Source: an uncultured Verrucomicrobiae bacterium
GTDB lineage: Bacteria; Verrucomicrobiota; Verrucomicrobiia; Limisphaerales; Palsa-1400
Reading direction: 5' to 3'
DNA length: 64,000 nucleotides
NCBI GenBank assembly: GCA_963707025.1
Contig: CAVPOM010000006.1
Span: 64,001-128,000, forward strand
Part shown: positions 45,605 to 55,242 of the stretch, one piece after another
Position numbering within the stretch: position 1 is the first letter of the stretch
How the letters are laid out: the number at the start of each line of letters is the position of its first letter
Notes under the pieces: generated by a model
Seen by the model: the letters and a program-made list of their open reading frames with translations, nothing else
What the model was told of the DNA's origin: nothing
Database searches by the model: none
Translations under genes and position numbers: made by a program

Positions 45605-47251
45605 TTATCGGACCGCTTCAGACTTCGGTTGATTCCGGAAGCGTCTTGCCAACGGGGCAAAACGATCTCGACCTTCGCAAAGCAATCGTCGTGCAAAAGC
45701 CCAGACGTTGAGATGGGGAGTTTTGACCAAGTTCTGAGCAATGGCTTCTGGATGAATAAAGGCAATTTCGACGGTGCTGCCAGGCTCCACGGGCAAGGAT
45801 TCCCCCGCGTAACTTTCGATGAACTTCATTTCGCCTCCTGGAACGCCCAGACGCATGGCTTCGTTGCGTCCGTTCATGGAATGGGGACGCAACACCGAGA
45901 TGGAATGACATTCCGGCGGAACAGCCACCTGGAGGAGCCTGGAGTGGGCCCGCACGCGAAAAAGGCCGCCCTGCTTCTGCGTTTGGTAATTGTGCCGACT
46001 GATGGCGCTCATGCGCATCCATTGCGCGTTCCCCAGCGCATTGATGGAAGCGGCTACCTCCTCCAGAATGCCCAAGCCTTCGGCCACATCTTCATGGTGG
46101 CCATAAGGAACAATGGGCCGGTGCTGATACGCGGCCAAATGAATCGCGGCGTCACACTGCTTGCTCTTGAAGCGGAAGCGGGCCAGAACGGGCAAACCGG
46201 CGACGACGTTGGAAACTCGTAGTCCCAGGCCATGGGACCATGGCTTGCTCGCATTTGTTTCCAGCAGGCAGGGCACGGCGGTGGACACGGCGTCAAATCC
46301 AAGCCTGGCCAAGGCCTCAAGGACCTCCTCGCCGCAGACACCATGAGGCGGGGCCATCACCCGGCAAATTTCAAGCCGCCCAGCTTTTTCTGCGCGGCCA
46401 ATCCGTTGCAGCGCTTGGACGAGAGACGCGATCGCTTTTTCCTGGGAGCCAAAGGAGGCCAGTTCGGAGTGAAGATGGTCATTGCCATGCATCATCAGTG
46501 AGAGCTGCCCGGAATTATGGCTGAAAACCTCCGCCGTCCGCCTCCGCACCAGCCACGCATCCAATGGCACCGTGGCAAAAGCAACATGGTAGGGCGAGGA
46601 CCGCGCGCTGGCCGCCAAGCGCCTGAAATCCAGCCACCCGTATCGCGCGGCGTGCAAATTCGGATCGTCGAACTGAAAGCAGGCCCTTGGCCCTGAAGAA
46701 AGCCATTTCTCCTCGCCGGTGAGTTGTCGCAGAAAGTCTATCAAGGGAAGCATGGCGATGAAATTGCGAGAATGAAAATAACGGTAGAGGCAGCCCTCGC
46801 TCTTGACCTCCGGCAACGGCATCGCGCTCACGTCGTGTCGAAGAACGCCATTCGCACGGCGGACCCACAACGGTTTGTCTCCCAATCGCGCCATAATCAC
46901 GTCCCCTTCCGTCAAGCCGGGCGGCGCGCCTTGGCAAACATCCTCTTGATAAAACCGGTGCGCGCGAAATGCTTTCGGAACCTCCGCACTTTGGCCGAAT
47001 TGGATTTCAGCAGATGGAAAAGAAAGGTCGCCGGAAGCAGCGCAGGGCAGATGCAGTGAAGGCAGCTCCAGCGCGCTTTCCTCCAGAATCCCGCCCCAGG
47101 CGATCACCGCATCCAGGCCCTTCATTTCGTGGGCGTTGCGGCGTTCGAAACGGACGGGCAAAAGTTCTTCCAGCCAAGCCCAGAGCGGACCGCCACAAGC
47201 TCGGTCGGCGCCTGCCAAGCCCACAATTATATTGGAATCGGGATTTCCCAT
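45605..47251 (-). CDS. Hypothetical protein with polysaccharide-deacetylase-like (NodB/DUF2334-type) motifs
   Basis: FDDPNLH, HGNDH, MAPPHG, YGHH. The start codon lies inside the IS end. Confidence 0.6.
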   Translation of the reverse strand: MGNPDSNIIVGLAGADRACGGPLWAWLEELLPVRFERRNAHEMKGLDAVIAWGGILEESALELPSLHLPCAASGDLSFPSAEIQFGQSAEVPKAFRAHRFYQEDVCQGAPPGLTEGDVIMARLGDKPLWVRRANGVLRHDVSAMPLPEVKSEGCLYRYFHSRNFIAMLPLIDFLRQLTGEEKWLSSGPRACFQFDDPNLHAARYGWLDFRRLAASARSSPYHVAFATVPLDAWLVRRRTAEVFSHNSGQLSLMMHGNDHLHSELASFGSQEKAIASLVQALQRIGRAEKAGRLEICRVMAPPHGVCGEEVLEALARLGFDAVSTAVPCLLETNASKPWSHGLGLRVSNVVAGLPVLARFRFKSKQCDAAIHLAAYQHRPIVPYGHHEDVAEGLGILEEVAASINALGNAQWMRMSAISRHNYQTQKQGGLFRVRAHSRLLQVAVPPECHSISVLRPHSMNGRNEAMRLGVPGGEMKFIESYAGESLPVEPGSTVEIAFIHPEAIAQNLVKTPHLNVWAFARRLLCEGRDRFAPLARRFRNQPKSEAVR

Positions 47252-48371
47252 TTAGATTCTTGCCCGCGACCAGCGTGGGCCTTTTTCGCGATTTTCTTCC
47301 TGTCCACAGATTTGCAAGTCCTTTTTCCTGGCCGCCCTCGGTTTTTCTCTGGCAAAAGGAGCGTTTCGTTGACATTTGTGCCATTCCACACGCTTTTCCA
47401 CCCCGTGCAAAGACACCTCCTCCGTAGTTTCGGGTGTTTTGACATGCTCGGCCTTCATCCTGACGTCGCGGTTGCTAATCGCAGCGGCCCAATCCCTTCC
47501 AAAATGGCCCGGAATAACTCGCGCGGCACCGTCACCTCCGCCATCTGGAAGACTATCTTCCGGGAATGGCGCACGACCTTGGCCCCGATCTTGATCAGTT
47601 TCTCCCGCAGCGTCGTCAACGTCCAATGACGCGCCGCTCGCCAGTCCTTGGCGCTATGCACATCCCCGTCGCGCAGCAGGGACTGCTCCACATCGCCAAA
47701 CTGATTGAAGCAAAACAGCGGGTGGCAGCAGGTGCAGCCGAAATGGCCGTTGCAGGCAGTGCCTTCCTGCTCGCCGTAGGTTTCGCTCACTGAACTATCC
47801 ATGTCCAAGATCAGTTCCCGCAACGGCTGGCGTTCCCGAAGCCGGTCTATCCATTTTCCTGATAGCTTCGTCAACGCCTTCAGGTTGCCTCGTTGTGTCA
47901 ACACCCCGGTCTCAAAGCGTCCCATTTCGCTGGTGGAGGCCGCCGCGCGTTCCGTGGCTCGCCCACCCACCACATGTCGCATGGTGGGACCGACAGAGAA
48001 CCGTTCGGCGTCATGGGTGTCCTCGTAGCCCGCCAACCGGCTGAAGACCGACTGCCGCATCAGTGCCACGATCGAGTGTTGCGTGTTCTTTCCCGTGAGG
48101 CAATCGTGCAGCAGCTCATCCCCCAAGTCGGTCAAACCCAGCGCGTCATCCAGTTCCCGATAGGCCAACAACCCGGCGTCGGATGTGACCTTGGAACCAT
48201 GAAACTCCAGCTTCAAACGACGATCAAAAGCCACCTGCACAGCCTGTTTTTTGCCTGCGCCCATTGGATTTGCCGTTTTTTGCTGCGTCAACATAGATGA
48301 AAGCCTTAGTTTAGGCGGCTTTATTGCGTGTCAATAACATTGGCGTGTCAAGCGAATCTGAGAAATCCGGG
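47238..48371 (-). mobile_element. Internally deleted IS1380-family element
   Basis: Imperfect terminal IRs tcgggatttcccattt / cccggatttctcagat (11/16); no target duplication seen. Confidence 0.75.
47455..48294 (-). pseudogene. IS1380 transposase with in-frame internal deletion
   Basis: LEFHGSKVTSDAGLL, LDMDSS, HPLFCF...HSAKDWR joined directly to HWTLTTLREKLIKIGAKVVRH; 279 aa versus roughly 450 expected. Confidence 0.88.
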
Positions 48372-48824
48372 TTACCGCAACAGGGCCTGTGAAGGGACGG
48401 TGTTTTTCGGACTGGCCGGCGTCGGTTGAGGCGGGCGATTTTCAGGGCTGACCCGGCCAGCCACCCATTTCATTTGGTACAGACAGGAGAAGGTTCCGCC
48501 GCAGACGCATTGGGTCTGGCCCGCATTGACGAATAAGCGGTTGCATTTTTGGCAAATCAAAGAGGTGTGTTGGAAGGCGCGCGGGTGAGTCAGCCAGTGC
48601 CAGGCCGCCAGCGCCAAGACCCCGGCGGCCAGGTTGGCGAGCGTGGGGGGAATGACTTGATGGATGGGCAGAACCAGGCCGCCCAGGCGCTGGCCGTGCC
48701 AGGCCGGAGAGATGGCGACCAGATAAAAGGACATCCCGCCGGACATGACCACGTGCAGAATTCCAAGGAGGCTCCGTTTTGCCCTTGCCATGCGCATTTC
48801 TTCCGCTGTTTTTGCGAGCCACAT
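48372..48824 (-). CDS. Hypothetical membrane protein with C-terminal Cys cluster
   Basis: Two hydrophobic segments, ICQKC...QCVCGG...MKWV. Confidence 0.55.
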   Translation of the reverse strand: MWLAKTAEEMRMARAKRSLLGILHVVMSGGMSFYLVAISPAWHGQRLGGLVLPIHQVIPPTLANLAAGVLALAAWHWLTHPRAFQHTSLICQKCNRLFVNAGQTQCVCGGTFSCLYQMKWVAGRVSPENRPPQPTPASPKNTVPSQALLR

Positions 48825-49011
48825 ATTACGATTCAGGTTCAGGTTCGCGCTGCCCAGCCTGGTTTGTTGTGTGTCGGCCTGCGAGAACCGCTGGAATTTA
48901 ATCCGGGGCGTCGGCTCCGTAAATCGGGGCTTTTACGAAAAATTTGTGCGACTTTACCCCAGTCCGCTGTAGTGTTTTCCCTCTCACAAGGAGCGCCCGC
49001 CCCCGGCCCGG

Positions 49012-49884
49012 TCATCGGATCGTCCCGGGATCCACCGGGCGGGCCGGGGGCGGATGGGGGAGAAGAAACTCTTTGACAGCGGCAAGGACCTCCGCCCGGC
49101 TGGTGAAAATTGCGTCATTGTGATCGCCGTGGATTTGGCGAAAGTATTTTGGCTCGTTGGAGGCCGCGAAGTTTTTTTCGGCATGGGCGAAAGGGATGAT
49201 GGTGTCCTGGCGGCTGTGCAGGAGGAGGACGGGAAGATGCAGCCGGGGCAGCTTGTGGAGGGTGTCGTAGCGGATGGAGCCGGCCAGGCGGACGGGGAGC
49301 CAGGGAAACAACTCGGCGCCAAGGTCCGGCACGCTGGTGAAGGTGCTTTGCAGGATGATTCCGCCCAATGGTTCCCGCAGGGCCAGTTCGGCCAGGACGG
49401 CGCCGCCGAGGGATTCTCCATAGCCGACGATGTTGGTGGCGGCGAAGCCTTTTTGCCGGAGCCATTGCCAGGCGGCCTGGGCATCGCGGCAGGTGTTTTC
49501 CTCGCTGGGCCGTCCCGGACTTCGGCCGTAGCCGCGATAATCGAAAAGGAGCACGCTGGCGCCGGTTTCGAGCAGGAGCCGGCACAGATCGAGGCGGTGG
49601 CTGATGTTGCCGGCATTGCCGTGACAGACAAGGAACACCTGGCGGGCCGCGGGCGCGCCGCCCGGATCGGCCGGGAAGAACCAGGCCTCGATCCTGCCGG
49701 TCTTGTCAACAGGAATATAAACATCCTCCGCGGCGCGCCCCAACCGGGCCGCTTCGCCCTCCAGGGCGGCGGAAGGCTGAAAGACACACTGGTGCTCAAA
49801 CCATCGGAACATGAGGACCCCCAGGAGCGGATAGACGGCCAGCCTGGCGGCGAGGCGCGCCCAACGTTTTTTGAAAAGGTTCAC
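49012..49884 (-). CDS. Alpha/beta hydrolase (ABHD13/YfhR-like)
   Basis: HGNAGN, DYRGYGRS, GESLG, HSRQD, GDHND. Confidence 0.9.
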   Translation of the reverse strand: MNLFKKRWARLAARLAVYPLLGVLMFRWFEHQCVFQPSAALEGEAARLGRAAEDVYIPVDKTGRIEAWFFPADPGGAPAARQVFLVCHGNAGNISHRLDLCRLLLETGASVLLFDYRGYGRSPGRPSEENTCRDAQAAWQWLRQKGFAATNIVGYGESLGGAVLAELALREPLGGIILQSTFTSVPDLGAELFPWLPVRLAGSIRYDTLHKLPRLHLPVLLLHSRQDTIIPFAHAEKNFAASNEPKYFRQIHGDHNDAIFTSRAEVLAAVKEFLLPHPPPARPVDPGTIR

Positions 49885-49902
49885 GCTGACAGCGGGGCAT
49901 GA

Positions 49903-52900
49903 TCAAGCGGCCGGTTCGTAGTTCAAATACGGGCCGAGCCATTTTTCCACGGCGCGCAAGTCCAGGCCTTTGCGCCGCTGGTAATCGAGCACCTGGTCGC
50001 GGCCCAGTTTTCCCACCCCGAAGTATTGGGCTTGGGGATGGGCGAAGTAAAGGCCGCTGACGCTGCTGGCCGGCCACATGGCGCCGCTTTCGGTCAGTTT
50101 GATGCCGGTGTTCTGTTCCACCTCCAGCAATTTCCAGAGCGTCCACTTTTCCGAGTGGTCGGGACAAGCGGGATAGCCGGCGGCGGGACGGATGCCGCGA
50201 TATTGTTCGTCAATCAATTGCTCGACGGTGAGATTTTCATTTTTGCCGTAACCCCATTCGGCGCGGACGCGCCGGTGCAGGTATTCGGCAAAGGCTTCCG
50301 CCAGGCGGTCGGCCAGCGCCGCGGTCAGGATGGCGTTGTAATCGTCGTGGCCGGCCTTGAATTGCCGGGCCAATTCGTCCGCGCCCAGGCCGGCGGTGAC
50401 GGCGAACAGGCCGAGATAATCCGGCCCGGCCTCCCTGGGGGCGATAAAATCGGCCAGGCACAAATTGGGCTGGCCGGCGGGCTTGTCCATCTGCTGGCGC
50501 AGGAAATGGAACGCGGCCAGGGCGGAGTCGCGCGAGGGGCCGGAGAAGACCTCCACGTCGTCGCCCGCGGAATTGGCGGGGAAGAATCCATAGACGCCGC
50601 GCGCAGTCAACAATTTTTCGCGCACGATCCGGTCCAGCAGTTGGCGGCCGTCGTGGAACAGGGCGCGGGCCTCCGCGCCGTATTTGGGGTGATCCAAAAT
50701 GGCCGGGTAGCGTCCGCGCAGTTCCCAGGTGTGGAAAAAGGGGGACCAATCCACGCACGGCACCAGTTCCTCCAGCGGCACGGAGGGGAGCGCGCGGGCG
50801 CCGGTGAATTCCGGCCGGGCGATGTCCTCCGCTTTCCAGGCGATTTTGGGCGCGCGCCGCCGCGCCTCTGCCATGGGCAGAAGCCGGGCCGCCGGGCCGG
50901 CGTGCTGCCGGCGGATTTTCTCCTGGTCCTCGCGGTTCTGGCGGGCGAAATCCGTTTTGGCTTCCGGATTGATCAATTGCCCGACCACGCCGACGGCGCG
51001 CGAGGCGTCAATCACATGGACGACCGGCTGGTCGTAATGGGGCGCGATTTTGACCGAGGTGTGTGCCTTGCTGGTGGTGGCGCCGCCGATCAGGAGGGGC
51101 AGGGAACACCCTGCCCGCTTCATCTCCCGGGCCACATGGGCCATCTCGTCCAGGGAGGGGGTGATCAAGCCGCTCAGGCCGATCATGTCCACCTTGAGTT
51201 CGCGGGCCGTCTGGAGGATTTTTTCGCACGGCACCATCACGCCCAGATCAATGATCTCGTAATTATTGCAGCCCAGGACGACGCCGACGATGTTCTTGCC
51301 GATGTCATGGACGTCGCCCTTGACGGTGGCCATGAGGATTTTTCCCTGGGCCTGGGGCGCGGCGCCGCCCGCCTTCTTCTCCGCCTCCATGAACGGCAGA
51401 AGATAAGCCACGGCTTTTTTCATGACGCGCGCGCTTTTCACCACCTGGGGCAGGAACATTTTGCCGGAGCCGAAAAGGTCGCCGACGATGCTCATGCCGG
51501 CCATCAAGGGGCCTTCGATGACCAGGAGCGGGCGGCCCAGTTTTTGCCGGGCCTCCTCGGTGTCCGCTTCCACGAAATCGGCGATGCCCTTGACCAGGGC
51601 GTGGGCCAGGCGGTCCTCCACCGTGCCCTGGCGCCATTGGTCCACGGCGGTTTCCCCCTTTTCCTTTTTCTTGACAGATTCGGCGAATTTGACCAGGCGC
51701 TCCGTGGCGTCGGGGCGGCGGTTGAGCAGGACATCCTCGACCAGTTCCAGGAGGTCCTGGGGAATCTCCTGGTAAATGCCGAGCATGCCGGCGTTGACGA
51801 TGCCCATGTCCAGCCCGGCTTTGACGGCATGGTACAAAAAGGCGGTGTGCATGGCCTCGCGCACGGCGTCGTTGCCGCGGAAGGAAAAGGAAATGTTGCT
51901 GATGCCGCCGCTGACTTTGGCGCCGGGCAGGTTCTGTTTGATCCAGCGGGTGGCCTCGATGAAATCCACCGCGTAATTGTTGTGCTCCTCCATCCCGGTG
52001 GCGACGGTCAGGACATTGGGGTCAAAAATAATGTCCTGCGGCGGAAAGCCCGCCTGCTCGGTGAGAATCTGATAGGCGCGGGCGCAAATCTCCTGGCGGC
52101 GCTGCAGGCTGTCGGCCTGGCCGCGTTCATCGAAGGCCATGACCACGACGGCGGCGCCGTAGCGGCGGGCCAGGCGGGCCTGGAGGAGGAATTTCGCCTC
52201 ACCCTCCTTCAGGCTGATGGAGTTGACCACGGCCTTGCCCTGGACGCACTTGAGGCCCGCTTCGATGACGGCCCATTTCGAGCTGTCAATCATGATGGGA
52301 ACCCTGGTGATGGCCGGCTCGGAGGCGATGAGGTTCAGGAAATGGGTCATGGCCTTGACGCCGTCGAGCATTCCTTCGTCGAGGTTGACGTCAATGATTT
52401 GCGCGCCGTTTTCGACCTGTTGCCGGGCGACGGCGAGGGCCTCCTCGAATTGGCCGGCCAAAATGAGTTTGGCAAAGCGGGGCGAGCCGGTGACGTTGGT
52501 GCGTTCGCCGATGTTGACGAAATTGGTCTCCGGGCGAATGGTCAGCGCCTCCGTTCCGCTGAGGCGCAGATACGGCTGGACCACCGGCGGCACCCGCGGC
52601 TTGAATTTTCTCACCGCCTCGGCCATGGCCGTGATATGGAGCGGGGTGGTGCCGCAACAGCCGCCCACGATGTTGAGCCAGCCGGCTTCGGCCCAGCCCG
52701 CCAATTGCGGCGCGAGGGAGGCGGGGGTTTCCGGATAGCCGGTGGGGGAGAGCGGATTGGGCAGACCGGCGTTGGGATGGGCGCTCAGGTAAATCGGGGC
52801 CAAGCCGGACAATTCCTCGATTAACGGCCTCATCTCCCTGGGACCGAGCGCGCAGTTCATCCCGACACTGAGGAGCGGCACATGCGAAATGGAATTCCAA

Positions 52901-53688
52901 AAGGCCTCGACGGTTTGCCCGGTCACGCCGCCGGCGGCGCCTTTGACAGCGCCCTGCTGAATGTAGGTGACGGACGCCAAAAGCGGGACGGCGGGCCGCC
53001 CGTTGCCGCCGATGGACTGGCCGGTGGCCGGGTTGCAGCGGAGAGGTTCCAGGCCGCGCTCCTCCAGAATGGTGAGGATGGCAAAGAAGGCGGCTTTGGC
53101 GTTGAGCGTGTCGAAAATGGTTTCGACGAGCAGAAGGTCCGCGCCCCCATCGAGCAGACCGCGCACCTGGTCACTGTAAGCGCCGACCAGTTCATCATAA
53201 TTAGTGGAGCGGGCGGCGGAGTCGTTGGCATCGGTGGAGATGGAGGACATGGCGGTGGTTGGGCCAATGGCTCCGGCGACAAAGCAGACCCGGTTCGGGT
53301 GGGCGGACATGAATTCATCGGCGGCCCGGCGCGCGCATTCGGCTCCTGCTTTGGCCAACTCATGGGCGAGCGGCTCCATATTGTAGGCCGCCAGCGAAAT
53401 GGACTGGGAATTGAAGGTGTTCGTTTCGATGATGTCCGCCCCCGCTTCGAGGTATTGGCGGTGAATGGCCTGGACCAGCGCCGGCTGGGTCAGGTTGAGC
53501 AGGTCGTTGAGGTTCTTGACTTCCTTTGGCCAGTCTTTGAAACGCTCTCCGCGAACGCCCGCTTCCTCCAGGCGGTAGCTCTGGATCATGGTCCCCATCG
53601 CCCCGTCAAGAATGACGATGCGTTCGCGCAGCAGCCGGAGCAGGGCGGCGGCGCGGTCGGAGAAAGGCGGGTTGCGGTCGTTCAGCAT
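49903..53688 (-). CDS. metH: Cobalamin-dependent methionine synthase
   Basis: [41 protein letters not shown]. Confidence 0.98.
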   Translation of the reverse strand: MLNDRNPPFSDRAAALLRLLRERIVILDGAMGTMIQSYRLEEAGVRGERFKDWPKEVKNLNDLLNLTQPALVQAIHRQYLEAGADIIETNTFNSQSISLAAYNMEPLAHELAKAGAECARRAADEFMSAHPNRVCFVAGAIGPTTAMSSISTDANDSAARSTNYDELVGAYSDQVRGLLDGGADLLLVETIFDTLNAKAAFFAILTILEERGLEPLRCNPATGQSIGGNGRPAVPLLASVTYIQQGAVKGAAGGVTGQTVEAFWNSISHVPLLSVGMNCALGPREMRPLIEELSGLAPIYLSAHPNAGLPNPLSPTGYPETPASLAPQLAGWAEAGWLNIVGGCCGTTPLHITAMAEAVRKFKPRVPPVVQPYLRLSGTEALTIRPETNFVNIGERTNVTGSPRFAKLILAGQFEEALAVARQQVENGAQIIDVNLDEGMLDGVKAMTHFLNLIASEPAITRVPIMIDSSKWAVIEAGLKCVQGKAVVNSISLKEGEAKFLLQARLARRYGAAVVVMAFDERGQADSLQRRQEICARAYQILTEQAGFPPQDIIFDPNVLTVATGMEEHNNYAVDFIEATRWIKQNLPGAKVSGGISNISFSFRGNDAVREAMHTAFLYHAVKAGLDMGIVNAGMLGIYQEIPQDLLELVEDVLLNRRPDATERLVKFAESVKKKEKGETAVDQWRQGTVEDRLAHALVKGIADFVEADTEEARQKLGRPLLVIEGPLMAGMSIVGDLFGSGKMFLPQVVKSARVMKKAVAYLLPFMEAEKKAGGAAPQAQGKILMATVKGDVHDIGKNIVGVVLGCNNYEIIDLGVMVPCEKILQTARELKVDMIGLSGLITPSLDEMAHVAREMKRAGCSLPLLIGGATTSKAHTSVKIAPHYDQPVVHVIDASRAVGVVGQLINPEAKTDFARQNREDQEKIRRQHAGPAARLLPMAEARRRAPKIAWKAEDIARPEFTGARALPSVPLEELVPCVDWSPFFHTWELRGRYPAILDHPKYGAEARALFHDGRQLLDRIVREKLLTARGVYGFFPANSAGDDVEVFSGPSRDSALAAFHFLRQQMDKPAGQPNLCLADFIAPREAGPDYLGLFAVTAGLGADELARQFKAGHDDYNAILTAALADRLAEAFAEYLHRRVRAEWGYGKNENLTVEQLIDEQYRGIRPAAGYPACPDHSEKWTLWKLLEVEQNTGIKLTESGAMWPASSVSGLYFAHPQAQYFGVGKLGRDQVLDYQRRKGLDLRAVEKWLGPYLNYEPAA

Positions 53689-53694
53689 GGAGGA

Positions 53695-53747
53695 ATCATA
53701 GACCAGGCCGGGAGATGCGCAAGTTTTAAATCAACGTATCCTGATAT
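53695..53747 (-). promoter_or_regulatory. metH promoter (TTGCGC-N16-TATGAT, leaderless) with an upstream SahR-like palindromic operator at 53728-53747
   Basis: AAATCAACGTATCCTGATAT matches 13/16 positions of ATATCAAG-N4-CTTGATAT (consensus recalled from memory). Confidence 0.5.
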
Positions 53748-53759
53748 GAAGATATGATT

Positions 53760-53852
53760 TTTAAAATCGGTCCGCGAGCAACCGTGGGCGCCTGCCCGGC
53801 GGTCCAGCCGGGCGGCCAGCGGTTCTGGCAGTCTTGCGGAAAATGTTTTCAT
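53760..53852 (-). pseudogene. Truncated CopG/ribbon-helix-helix gene remnant
   Basis: MKTFSARLPEPLAARLDRRAGAHGCSRTDF, then reads into the metH promoter. Confidence 0.5.
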
Positions 53853-53887
53853 GGCCCAACCGCATTGCATCCATGTCAGAACTGCAC

Positions 53888-53932
53888 GACGGATCGGACA
53901 GATCGGACCGATAGGACGGATGGGACGGATCA
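53888..53932. repeat. Five tandem 9-bp repeats (consensus GACGGATCG)
   Basis: gacggatcg gacagatcg gaccgatag gacggatgg gacggatca. Confidence 0.85.
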
Positions 53933-54016
53933 GAAGGACGCGGACAATCCTGGCCGAATATTCCGGCCCGCCGGGATGGGTTGCGTCCGGCCGGGGGGAG
54001 TGGCAGGCTCAGGGGC

Positions 54017-55111
54017 GTGAAGCGATTGTTTTTTTGCCTGGGATTTTTATGTTTGACTGGCTTGGAAGGCGCGGCGGCGGCGGAGAATCCGTACGGGCTG
54101 CCGGACGGGCTTTACGCGGAGATCACCACGACGCGCGGGGTGGTGGTGTGTGAATTGTACTTTACTAAAACGCCGATGACGGCGGCCAGTTATGTCGGGC
54201 TGGCGGAGGGGACGCTGGGGCCGCGGCCGCGCCAGCCGTTTTTTGACGGGTCGGCCTATCACCGGGTGGTGGCGGATTTCGTGGCGCAGGGGGGCGCGGC
54301 GCCGGGCGGCGGCGAGGGGCCGGGCTACTCGTTCCCGGATGAGTTTGTGCCGGGATTGCGCCACGATTCGGCGGGAGTGCTGCAAATGGCCAACGACGGG
54401 CCGGACTCGAACGGCTCGCAACATTGCCTGATGTTGAGCGAGCAGGAACGGCTGAATTATTTGCACACGGTCTTCGGCCATGTGGTGCGCGGCCTGGAGG
54501 TGCTGCCGAAAATCCAGCAGGGGGACCGGATGATGACGGTGAGGATTCTGCGCCTGGGCCCGGCGGCCAGGGCCTTTCGCGCGGATGAAGCGGCCTTCCG
54601 GGAGATGGTGGCCAAGGCCCCGCGCTACTCCGGGCCGCGCCTGCCCGGGGCGGACGCTTCGTTTGATGATCCGGACACGGTGCTGCCAACCGATATTCCG
54701 CGCGCGCTGCATTTTAATTACAAGTTGACGAGTTTTGCGCGGGTCAACGGGCGGAAGATTTATGGGCGGGTCTTTGCCAGGACGCCGGCAGGGCCGGCGG
54801 AGGATTTTGTGCGCGGGCTGGCCGCCCGGCTGGGAGTGGCCAAAACGGGCGCGCTGGCGGTGTATTTCGCGGACCATGACGACTGGCGGATTTGGATTGG
54901 GGAGGAGTCGGTGGCGGGGTTCGGCGGCGGGAAAAGCCTGGACGGGGCGCGGCAGGAATTTCTGGCGGAGGCGCGCCAGAGGGCGGCGGGTTTTGTGGAG
55001 ACGGCCCAAAAAGCAGCCGGGGTGGACAAACCGCTGATGGCGGGACAGAAGATCAAGTATCAGGTGGATGCGGTGCTGGATGGGCTGATTTTTAGAATGG
55101 AGACGAAGTGA
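54017..55111 (+). CDS. Secreted cyclophilin-type peptidyl-prolyl isomerase with an extra C-terminal domain
   Basis: YHRVVADFVAQGG, GPGYSFPDEF, LQMANDGPDSNGSQ, HTVFGHVV. GTG start inferred. Confidence 0.85.
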   Translation: MKRLFFCLGFLCLTGLEGAAAAENPYGLPDGLYAEITTTRGVVVCELYFTKTPMTAASYVGLAEGTLGPRPRQPFFDGSAYHRVVADFVAQGGAAPGGGEGPGYSFPDEFVPGLRHDSAGVLQMANDGPDSNGSQHCLMLSEQERLNYLHTVFGHVVRGLEVLPKIQQGDRMMTVRILRLGPAARAFRADEAAFREMVAKAPRYSGPRLPGADASFDDPDTVLPTDIPRALHFNYKLTSFARVNGRKIYGRVFARTPAGPAEDFVRGLAARLGVAKTGALAVYFADHDDWRIWIGEESVAGFGGGKSLDGARQEFLAEARQRAAGFVETAQKAAGVDKPLMAGQKIKYQVDAVLDGLIFRMETK

Positions 55112-55142
55112 GCCGCCGGCGGAAATGAAGAATGCGGAAAGA

Positions 55143-55198
55143 AGAATGAAGAAGGGGAAGGCAGGATTAAGATTAAGATTAGGATTAAGATTAAGATG
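55143..55198. repeat. Second copy of the purine leader plus (GATTAR)n composite repeat
   Basis: agaatgaagaaggggaaggcag-gattaa-gattaa-gattag-gattaa-gattaa-gat. Confidence 0.85.
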
Positions 55199-55242
55199 AG
55201 GAGCAAGAAAAGGTGGACAGGGGGGGCGAAGGCGGGGGGTGG

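Noticed and set aside
53689..53900. SAM or cobalamin riboswitch upstream of metH
   Set aside because: No conserved core motifs, and the promoter appears leaderless.
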